64,000 nucleotides of DNA from Oikopleura dioica. Taxonomy: Eukaryota > Animalia > Chordata. The position numbers and the translations under genes were made by a program. The stretch covers positions 9,362,001 to 9,426,000 of the forward strand of contig OU015568.1 in assembly GCA_907165135.1 (NCBI GenBank), read 5' to 3'. Below, piece after piece: positions 11,028 through 21,501 of the stretch (position 1 is its first letter; each line of letters starts with the position of its first letter). A model generated the notes under the pieces. That model was not told where the DNA came from. It saw only the letters and a list, made by a program, of their open reading frames with translations, and did not search any database.

Positions 11028-14000
11028 ATGTCTTCGGCTTTTGCCGAACTTGGCGTTTGTGATGAGATCGTGCAAGGCCTCTACAAGATTGGATGGGCCC
11101 TTCCTACGGATATTCAAGCAGAAGCTGTTCCATTGATTCTTGGAGGAGGAGATGTTCTCATGGCGGCCGAAACAGGATCTGGCAAGACTGGAGCGTTCTG
11201 TCTCCCAGTCATTCAAATCGTGAACGAGACAAAGCAAGAGTCTGGCAAGCCACAAATAAAACGCTCCAAGCCTGCGGGGTCAGTGTCCTGCAAATTGAGC
11301 ATGGAAGAGCGATCGGATATCGTGGCCGTTTCGCCCGACGGATTGCAAATGCAGTGCCGTGATTTCCGACTGTGGGGCGGTTGCCGATCGACTTGGGCGA
11401 CTAAAGAAAACGCTGTTGCTTTTTACGAAGTGACATGCACCGACGAGGGATTGTCGAGATTCGGCTTTGGGACGATCACATGCGACTTGAACCTGGGAAC
11501 GTGCCCTGAAGGTTTTGGCTTCGGCGGTACTGGAAAGAAATCCAATCGCCGACAATTTGACAGTTATGGGGAGCCCTTCGGACAAGGAGACATTATCGGT
11601 TGCTTGATAGATCGACAGAGGAACGAAATCAAGTATTTTAAAAATGGACGAGACCTTGGCGTCGCTTTTCAAATCCCGAATTCGATGAATAAAGAGCCGC
11701 TTTATGCCATTTGCTGCTTGAAAAACGCAGAAGTGGCAGTCAATTACGATGGCCCTTTCAAGCACCCTCCAGGGGGGAATTTCACTGCGTATGGGAAGAT
11801 GGATGCTTCAGTTAGATTCGCTGCTGGAGCAGGACCTTCCGTCAAAACTGGTAATACAAAGGGCCTTCCTATGGCGATCATTCTTGAACCTTCCCGTGAG
11901 CTCGCCCAGCAGACTGAACAATGCATTGAAGACTTCTCTCAGTATCTTCCCTCTCCGTCTGTAAATTCAGTCTGCCTCGTCGGAGGCGGCGACTCGAGAT
12001 ACCAAAAGCAAATCGTTGAAGAAGGCGTCGACATCGTGGTTGGAACGCCCGGTCGATTGGAAGACTTTATTAATTCAGGCGTATTGAAACTGGACAACGT
12101 CAGGTTCTTGATCGTGGACGAGTGCGACGCGCTTCTCGCGCAGAATCAACAGCGACTCATCGAAAATATCCATCGAAAATGTCCTCACATCTCGCCCGAA
12201 GGTCGTCGTTTGCAGATGGTTGTCTGCTCAGCAACGCTGCACAATTTCAATGTAAAGAAACTGGCGCAGAAATTGATGAGCTTCCCGACTTGGGTAGATT
12301 TGAAAGGCGAAGGTAAGTTCATTTAGAAAAATTCTGCTTATAACTAACATTTTCATTCAGATTCTGTGCCGGATACAGTACATCACTGTGTGGCATTAGT
12401 TGATCCGACAGAAGATCGCTCCTGGTTTGATTTGTATCGAAACAAAAAGGTTTAGTTCTTGAGCACGCGATTAGCCGATGATCTACTTTTCTTCTTTAGG
12501 GAATTATCACAGACAGGGTGCATCAATCCGACCAAGTCTCGAATGCCGGCCAAAACTGCTCTGACGAAAGCGTTTCAGAAGGGATTAAAAAGCTCAAGGG
12601 CGAGTACGTCGTTAGAATTATCAAAGTAAGAGTTTCTTGCAGCAGAAAATAGTTTCAAATTCTCTTTCAAGGCGCATAAAATGGAGAAAGCGATAATTTT
12701 CTGCCGAACAAAATTGGATTGCGACAATTTGGAGCGACTCTTCATCAATAATTACGGCGGCGGGCCCTATTCCAAGGGAAACTCTGATTTCTCCTGCGTC
12801 TGCCTTCATTCAGATAGAAAACCCAATGAAAGAAAGGCGAATCTTGAGCGATTCAAGAGAGATGAAGTTAGGTTTCTTATTTGCACGGATGTTGCTGCTC
12901 GAGGAATCGACGTCAAGGTAAAATTTTTCATATAAAATATCGAGTACATCAAGGGGAATCTATGGAGATCGCTGGATGCCTGAAAGCGTTCTGAGAGATT
13001 TGAATGATTCTCGATGTGGTTTATAAACAGCTAGTTTAAATTCTGGTTCAAAAAGTTCACATCATTTTTGTAGGGCGTGCCTTATGTAATCAACGTAACA
13101 ATGCCTGACGACAAAGCGAATTACCTCCACCGGGGGATTGGAAGGTGAGTCGGCCACCCAGACCAGATTTTTAAAAATGATAACAGCTGGAGCGTTCTCT
13201 CAGCACAACGCGGCTTATCAATCATCGCCCAGGGGAGCAAGTGACTGTAATCAGCATAGGAAATCGGTACTGTGCAGGGCAAAAGGGCCGCATTCGCAAA
13301 TAAAAATCTGTTTTCAATGGAGCCTCCTTTCTCTAATCCGTCGTACCAAGAGATAAAAACTGCAGTTGCTGCCACTTACAGTCGATGTTCTTCTTCTCCT
13401 CCGGTCTTGTATAGTATCACATCAGGGCAACGAGCTCATAGCGCAAATTTTTGGCTTTGGCAAGGAAAAAATACTAATTATAATATGTATTCTTCTCAAA
13501 ACAAAATATATAGAACCTCTTTCGTTCTATCGTGTGTACATAAATCTTGTAAAGCAAGCTATGTTTTCAAATGTTTAAATAATGATCTACTGATTGAATT
13601 CACTCAAGATTGTGGTGGTAAAAAACCTCGCCCTAAAAAACGCTATAAATTTAACTATTCTCATCCCGACTTCGCCAATGTAAATAATTATCAATTTGTA
13701 AAAATTAAAACTAAACATTCTGATCATTGTCCAAAAAGTCCATACCAATCATTGAAAAATATTTTCCGAGCTGAAAATACCAAACAATCTCTGTACTATT
13801 CGAAGGATCAAACTGATCTGACTTATTTTAGTTCTGAAATTTCTAAAATTTCTTCTCAGCGTTTACGCGGAGTTATTGATCTTACCCGGGAGAGTTGGAG
13901 TATTCAAAAAAAACTTTCGCAGCGAAAAGTGAATTGCAATGAAATTCCATTCGCTTATCGTACAATACCAATGTTTCCCGAGGATTTATCTTCATTTTTA

Positions 14001-15851
14001 AATCAAAGCGATATTCAAGAGCCATATCTTCAATATCAGTCTCCATCCATAACTGTATTTTATCTAGAGCGAGATCTTGAGCGCTTAGATATTGGCACTA
14101 GAATGTTAAATGGTCAAAGTTCAGTAATGCCCCTCGGCTGCGATGCAACCTTCAAAATTTGTCGATCTTTGAAATATTATCAACTCCTGACTATTTGTGA
14201 GTTTTGTCAAGATCCTGATGATCAGACAAAATATTTATCTGTTCCACTGATTTCCTGTCTGATGGTAGACAAATCCTATGAATGTTACGTTGAGTTTTTG
14301 ACTTATCTGAAAAATACCTTCTTCTCTCGTTTTGGTTATGAGTTAAAAATCCCTAAAGTAATTGCCGATATGGAAGTCAATATCTTTAAAAGCTTTTATG
14401 ATGTTTTCCAAAGTGAGTGTACTTGGTGTCATTTTCATTGCTTGCAAGCATGGCAGCGTAAGCTGAAATGTTTGACTAGGTCAAAACTTTGTAAGAATTC
14501 TACTGTAAAAAAAGCTTGGGATATCTGTAAAGGTCTTCCATTCATTCCGCGCCATTTGCTAAAATGTGCTTTTGATGAGCTTAGAACCTTTTGTGAACAA
14601 CAAGAGGGGGTAACGCGAAAAAGTCTTTTGCTTTTTTGCGATTATCTTGATGTAATTAGATATTTTTAATTCATTAATTTAAATTTTATTAGGAACAATA
14701 CTGGGAGAGTCAATCGAAGTGGAATCATTTTGAGCGCATTATGGTTGGTGATTATTGCCTAACCAACAATATGTGTGAAGTGAGTTTTGAAGCAATTATT
14801 ATTTTATAAAATCTAAGGCCTATCACTCATCGTTGCACGACAAAAATGTGAGAGGCCGTAATTCCCTTCGAAGATGTGTTGAGACAATTTGGCAATTCAA
14901 AGTCAAAAACCTGAATCGAGTCTGCAACAATCAGTTACGTCGGCGAAAGAAGAAAGTTGCAAAAAGACACTATTGTCTTCGAAGATTGTTAGATTTGATT
15001 TTGGAACAGGAAGACGATTGGCTAGAAAGGTTTTTGTTTTGAGAAATCATTTAAATATTTTAAATAATTTAGCAATATTCTCAAAATCTGCTCTCAATTT
15101 GCTGACTTGGAAACAGATCTCATCGAATTTCCTTCAAAATATTGCGATCTTTGAATGTATAAATGTATATATCATATTTCAAATGTTGAAATATATCATC
15201 AAATTTCCAAATTCGAGTCAGTGTTCTCTTTGGCCGATGCAGATCTATATCACTCAGCAGGTAGCATTTGGCATTGTTGGTCTTTGAAGCTCCGAGCTGC
15301 TCATGCAGCTGTTATCATTTTTAAAAATCGGGTCTGGGTGGCCGACTCACCTTCCGATACCTCCCTCCACCGTATCGGCCGCGTTGGCCGCGCCGATTGT
15401 ATGGGCCTAGCAATCTCCCTCGTGGCCAAACAAAGAGAGAAGGTTTGGTATCACTCCAATTGTAGGACCCGGGGAAACGGCTGCTTCAACACAAACGACA
15501 TCAAACACGGTGGATGTACGATTTGGTACAACGAGATGGCACTTTTGGGCGAAGTAGAAGATCATTTGAAAGGTAAAAATAATATTATGGGAGTGCACTG
15601 GTTTTTGCAGAGTTGGATGTTTGAATTAAGACACGATTGAACACATTGACCCAAAAACGATGTTAGTTCCAGTGAACGAGTTCGACGGAAAAGTCGTTTA
15701 TGGAAGGAAGAACATCGAGGGCTCCAACAACATCCTGACTGGGCACTACCGCGAGCTACTTCCTACGCTAAACGAGCTGAAGCGATTAGAAAAAAGTGCG
15801 CAGGGCTCGTTCATTGAACTCTGCACTCGTGGAACAAATATTTTTGCGTAG
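11028..15851 (+). CDS. DDX1: DEAD-box helicase DDX1 (SPRY insertion); this allele is disrupted by a MULE in motif VI
   Basis: Motifs [20 protein letters not shown] insert, [32 protein letters not shown] and the DDX1-type tail [12 protein letters not shown]. Exons 11028-12312, 12361-12449, 12500-12625, 12672-12917, 13074-13132 + 15373-15572, 15631-15851. Confidence 0.97.
13133..15363 (+). mobile_element. Autonomous-looking MULE (Mutator-like) DNA transposon, ~2.23 kb
   Basis: TIRs of ~57 bp: GGAAGGTGAGTCGGCCACCCAGACC(A/C)GATTTTTAAAAATGATAACAGCTG with 1 mismatch in 50 bp. TSD CCTCCACCG at 13124-13132 and 15364-15372. Encodes a MULE transposase. Confidence 0.95.
13317..15042 (+). CDS. MULE transposase, ~548 aa, 3 exons
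   Basis: Exons 13317-14651, 14693-14779 and 14818-15042 (41- and 38-nt GT-AG introns) join in frame. MULE signatures [27 protein letters not shown] (CxxH) and TNNMCEAYH. N-terminal C-x4-C...H-x2-H-C zinc-finger-like region. Confidence 0.92.
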
Positions 15852-15969
15852 TCCTTGTTGTTGTCATTTTCTTCATTTGCGACATTTAACTGTACTGTTA
15901 CTGATGGTAGATTAATTTTAAGTTCACACTTAACAGATAGAAAGTTCAATTATCCAAGTAACAAGTCAA

Positions 15970-15982
15970 CCCTTTTTTTCAG
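15970..15982 (+). promoter_or_regulatory. Candidate trans-splice acceptor in the 143-bp DDX1-ADPGK spacer
   Basis: CTTTTTTTCAG ~13 nt before the ADPGK ATG, in a short AT-rich same-strand spacer with no upstream donor. Consistent with larvacean operons. Confidence 0.45.
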
Positions 15983-15994
15983 AATTTTAGTCAA

Positions 15995-18900
15995 ATGGGA
16001 GAATCGAAATCGACTCACTCAACAAGAAAAGACTCTTCCTTTCTTGGAAAGTCTTTCAAGAAATTCTCTCTTGGGGCGATTGTTGTCCTCTCCATCGCCG
16101 TTGGAATTCAGCTCTATCTTGGAACAAGAGTAACGAATGACGATGCAGTGCGACAGGAGAATATTCTAAAAGGACTTGAAGCGATTGAGAGAAGTTTTAC
16201 GCTTCGATCTCCAGCTCCGTCGGTTTTTGTTGGATTCGGAAGCTGCGTTGACGTTTTCGCGAAAGCGATTCCGTTGTTCAAAAAGCTTGGCTTCGCGGAA
16301 CCAAATGTGGAAAAAGAACATGGTGTTCTCAGGAACGCGGTTCAAAAATGACTCTATTGACTGTAACTTAGATATAGAATCAGAATTCTCTGAAGTGAAT
16401 GACTTAGATTTACAGTTGGGTGGTTTTTCGATCGCGATAAAACAGAAAACAATCAGATCTTATGGAAGAATTCATGTTTTATTTCAAGAAAGGCGCAGCA
16501 GCAGAAAGATACGTATCAGACAGGGAACTTTTCGATAAACTAACAGAAACGGCGAAGCAGTCAGATGATGTCAAAATTGCGTTAGGTAACGATTACTTCT
16601 AAGATACAAAAGCATACGAAGCCTTCTGGCTTCAAAAAATCGTATTTACAAAAACTGGAACTGTTGAACCTTCTAATTCTCCGCGATAGAAAGCGTCAAA
16701 CCTTTTAAATTCTTTCTCGCCGAGAAATTCGATGAATTTTTCGCGTTTTCTCCTTCCATTCCCAGTTCGTATTTCTTCCTCGGCGGTAGGGGGCTCTTGT
16801 TATCACCAGTTATCACTCTTCGGATTGCCCTCGTGATTTTCTTCTTTCTGAGTTTTTCTTCCTCGCTGAGTGGGACCTTTACGATTTTTGGACTGCTCAT
16901 GGTGCTAGAATTCAACTCCATCCTTTTATTTTTCGACGCTAATTTTTATCGACTTTTTATTTTGGAAAATTTGGATCGAGGTTGATTTTATGCGGCGCGA
17001 GCAGCGCTCCACTCCCGGTGGCGCTGCTCCCTGCTCAGCTGGACGCCGACAGTAACAAAGCGGGGGCTTCTGTTTCTACCTTATCAACCTCGCAGATTTT
17101 GCGGCGCCGATAATTATCGTTTTAGGCGGAAATGCGCCTGTCATCGCTCAACGAATCGCGAAAAACGGCGGAAACGTCGTTTTAGGTGCGCAGAATGCAG
17201 CTGACCTACCAATCGATTCAAGGGTCGTTCCGTCAGGTAAAACGGGAACCAGGGTTGCTTTTGTTAACAAATTATATTTTTTGAAAATATATTGATATTT
17301 TATTGTTTCGACATAGTAATCCTCAATGTAAAAAGATATTTTTTCTAAAGAATAAGAACTTATTAATAAAAACTTCTTCAAATTTCAGCTATATTTGCAA
17401 TACATAAATGATTAAATTTGAGTTCCCAGGAGATTGGGAAATCATTTTTTATTTTGTAAAATTGAGCGGTTTTCCGGTCGTGGCTGGATCCGGACAGAAA
17501 GTCAATTATCAGATCAATGTTTAGCTCAATCGGAAGTATTGTTTTTCATAAGCATAAAATCGCTTCAATTACCGGAAGTCGATTTTGAATACTTCCCACA
17601 ATCCTCAATACAATACTATCCGTTCGAACGGCTAGGTATTGCGTTGATGATATAATTTTTATGGATTGATTTGGCATAATTATTCTTTTAAACTTGTATT
17701 AAAATGCGTAGATTCAAGAACTTTCTGGAAGATATTCTCGATCGTTAACTTTTTATTAGGCCCCTTTGTGGACTCGAGCGACATTCACTTGATCTTAGAA
17801 TATGACAAGGATGAGAAGTTTGAAGAATCTTCCGCTAGCCGTGCGAATCGGTTCATCGTTCATTCTGATAGGTAACATTTTCTAACGACATTTAGCCATG
17901 ATTCAAAATGCAAGCTGCATTATGCAACAGAAGCTTCCTTCGATAGCGATTATATCTATCAAGTAATGGTTTTTTATTGGTCGAAATCGATAAGATATTT
18001 TGAGGATGGCCAATCAGACGGCTTGATGAATATATTCATTATCCACTGAAGCAATTGTAGGATCTCAGTATTTTTCCACTAAATTCTTAAAATAATCATC
18101 GATTGTTTATTTATTTCTGACCTAGATTCCTCACCATGTGTTTTTAGGTACAATCCTGTCCTGGCAGGACTTCAAAGCTTCAGGAAAGCACTGGATGAGA
18201 GAAATTCTCCACCAGAAGGGCTCGTTATAGGAGGCCTGCAGATGATGGGTACGTAATAATGTTCGATTTCCGAATAAATCAGCGAAACAAAATACGTAAA
18301 TTGAGAGGCTCTCAATTTGAAAGGAGGATTCCCTCCTTGAGTTTTTATTGAAAAAGATTCTTCTTTCGAGATCGTATCTTTATCAAATAGAATCTTAGGA
18401 AAATATGAGTCTCGCACAGTATATTATATGCCATGTGTGCGTTATGTAAGAACGCTTTCCACAGTTATAAATTTTGATTTTTGACATAAGTTTTGATAAA
18501 TATAGACTTCTTAATTGTTGCTGCAGAAATTCTCAATAAAGATTTCTTTAAATCTTTTTTAACTGCGTATCTAACTAGAATCCATTCTTCTAAATTAAAT
18601 GACTAGAAGAAGAACTCTTTTTCATAATAATGATTTGGTGCAACCATTAAACTCGTTTATCCAAAAGTAAAACTAATTTCTGGCGTCAATTTCCGCTTCT
18701 CCTTTTGATCTTGTCTTGATTCTCCCGTTTAGAGGGCTACGAATATCCAGAAAGGAAACGCGAAGAGCACTTTTCGTCGATCAAAGAGCTTCTTTCGAAA
18801 GTGGACGAGAGGACCAGGATCCATTTCGAGCTCGCATCATTCGTCGACGAGGAAATTCTTCAGAACATCAAAGAAAGCGTGATTCCATTTTCGGACTCGA

Positions 18901-20011
18901 TCGGCATGAACGAGCAGGAATTGCCAAATCTGCTCAGTTTGATGAAGACTGGCAAAGCTATTTCCGTCTCTGATGCTTACCCAAGGTAATTTATCTTTCA
19001 AATTGCCAATTTAAATATTCCCAATCCGAAACTGGGAGACATAGAGGACAGATTAATAGCTTATTAGCGGATTAAAACAAGCTGCTGGGAAGAAAGTATG
19101 GATTTTTATACTTTGAATTAAATCAGAAGAATGTTATTAATCCTATAATTAAAGGGGTAAGTGTCTCTGGATCTATTAAAGATACAATTAAAGATAAAGC
19201 TTCACAAGTTTTGCGTGGGTATGACTTTAAGTTTCTCAAAAGGAAGTGACCAGCCCACGGATGATGACGTCCCATTTAAAAATAGAAAAAATGGCAAAGG
19301 AAAAAGTAGCGGAAACTAAGAAACTCGTTGAAATTCTCCGTTGTCATTCTTTCCACTAAATTCAGAATCGCCTCGGTCCTTGATCAGATGCGCGAGATCT
19401 ACAAGCTCACGAAAGCTCAAAATTATCCTCGGCTATTATCACGCTTACACGTCCACAATATCGCGTTTCAAGCCATCGCGGTCCGGAAGAGCGCAGGCTG
19501 GAGGAAGACCATGACCGCGACGGCGATCTCCTCCTTGACGGCGCATAGACATGTCTGCCAGACAGACGATGTCGATTTGAAATACGCGGATGTTTTGTGA
19601 AGGGTTACTGAATCATCGGAATATGTTAAAAGCCGCGCGCGGCTTCTATTAGAGAATAAATAAGGATAATCAAAGAGCGACATTCAGCAAGTTTTAAAAT
19701 TCTCTTAGAAAGCCGCAAGCGGCTTTTATCACGCAAAAAGTAAACCCTAGAAAGATGGACGAAAGCTTTAGTAAATCAATTCTTGGCCTGGCGGATGGCC
19801 GAATCCATCTGAATCCCGAGAAGCCTGTCTCCTGTTGGGAAGAGGTGAGACTGAAATAATTAACCCGTTGACGTCAAAACGCTCGTTTCAGACAATCGCA
19901 GGCGACGCGTTCAAAATCTGCGTGGCGCCAGTCCTTGTCTGCCGCAATGTCAAGCAAACTGCAGGTGGCGGGGATAATATTTCCGGTGCTGGGCTTTTGG
20001 TGCAACTTTAA
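15995..20011 (+). CDS. ADPGK: ADP-dependent glucokinase
   Basis: N-terminal hydrophobic anchor, then GFGSCVDV, GAAAERY, GGNAPVIA, DIHLILEY..ANRFIVHSD, GGLQMM, RIHFELAS, DSIGMNEQEL, RLHVH and PVLVC..TAGGGDNISGAG*, spread over ~9 exons. Confidence 0.93.
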
Positions 20012-21099
20012 ACTACCCTGTCTACTGTTACAATTACTGTCACTTTTTTCGATTTCGTTCAACGTGGTGGCTTTTTTTTCTCTTCTAAAAATAATCAACT
20101 GACCGCCGCTGCAACTTATCGTTACTGTACTAAACAGATAAAAACAAACTTCGCTCTAAAAAAACTATCAAAGTATACAAAAAATCCATCCTGAAACAAT
20201 CCATTCAAAACACCATCGCTCTCTTTCATCTTCTCCTACCAGTAGTTCCAGTTCACTTAACTTCTTCAACCAAACACTTCAACTTATTCAATTATTCTCT
20301 CTGTATGTATTTCTGCTTCAACTTCTATACAATATAATATACATGGAAAATACAGTTCATATTTAATATAACAATATACATTTTTACGCATGATTTATGC
20401 AAAAATATGATTAAGAAAAAACAAGGGCTTTTTGCTTGCAATTGAATTGCATTTATGCCTTGTTGAGTTTCGAAGGCAGGGTTAGTAGCAGGAGTAGTAG
20501 CTGGGAGAATTCACGGATCGACTGGGGAGAACTGGTCTACGTCTCAACAGAACACGTAAATCTCGACGCGCACGTCTTATACCCAGCTCCGGACACACAA
20601 CCAATCTTATTTGATTAAAACGCACTTGAATTTTAACGAAAAGTTTGTTGATGATTAAATTTTTCAAGCACATTTCGGAAAAAGAAATTCTTTTGGTATT
20701 ATTTTGGTATTATACCATTCGAAAATGGATTGCTCGATCCATAAATGACCGTCGATAAGGATCAGCTAGAGGCAGCTTAGAACGAAAACTAATAAGTTTA
20801 TAATCAGTAAAATACAGACTATTGTTCAGGGAGTATGACTTCTTCAGAATTTTCTCAATTCGATATTGATTAATCGTTCGAGTATGTATAGAGGCACAAG
20901 AGAACCTTCAATTTTTTCAACTAGATTGCCATAATATGATGACTTATTTTGATATAAAAAGATATGCCGAAAAACAAGATTATGATTTTTAAATTTTGCA
21001 TAAAAGGACGATGATCTTCTGATGGTCTTTTGGTTCGTTCTTGTCGATTAGCGTGAGTCATGCTGCTCGTCTTCTCCGTGGGTAATTGTGATGATCCGT

Positions 21100-21500
21100 G
21101 TTGTTTTATTTTCGACTCGATTTTTGGCTCGAAAATGGGGGCACGTGATTGGCCGCGCGCTGGACGTGATGTTTGGTGCTTTGACGTGGGCTGAGCCGGT
21201 GCGAGGCGCCGCTCTCGTTTGGTCTCAGCTCAGTCGCGCAGCTCGGCACGTGCCAAGCAACTTTGCCATAACCTTGGTTAGGTTAGCACTCGCCCAGCCG
21301 CAGCAACCGGTCGGTCACACGCACGTGACCCCCGGTCCGGTCCGATTCGGCCCGAAATTCGGACCTAAACGGCCCAGAGAGCAGAAGCCCGAGAGAGGCG
21401 CGTGCCTCCTAGATCATCGAATCTAGAGAAAAGAAAAAAAAAAGAAGAAGCTTCCGGTCGAGTCACGTACCGGCCGGTCCGAAGAGCGCGGTCCGATCTA
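21100..21500 (+). promoter_or_regulatory. GC-rich promoter with clustered ACGTG/CACGTG motifs
   Basis: CACGTG at 21142, 21247 and 21322; GACGTG at 21163 and 21183; reverse ACGTG at ~21464. Lies immediately upstream of the bHLH-PAS ATG. Confidence 0.6.
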
Positions 21501-21501
21501 A

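Noticed and set aside
13145-15308. Clean in-frame splicing of the MULE out of DDX1 using the TIR donor and nearest AG
   Set aside because: The donor is phase 2, while the AGs at 15296, 15308 and 15410 give the wrong phase. The only nearby in-phase AG (15264) would insert more than 35 residues into motif VI.
15155-15372. N-terminal part of the 161-aa ORF as real DDX1 sequence
   Set aside because: It is transposon 3' end and TIR that happens to be open. The true upstream DDX1 exon ends at 13132.
20120-20400. Pyrimidine/AT-rich low-complexity tract
   Set aside because: Looks like ordinary 3' UTR or intergenic sequence after ADPGK; no repeat unit or structure.
20440-21080. Divergent minus-strand gene upstream of the bHLH-PAS promoter
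   Set aside because: Only short open fragments; I could not assemble a consistent spliced frame.
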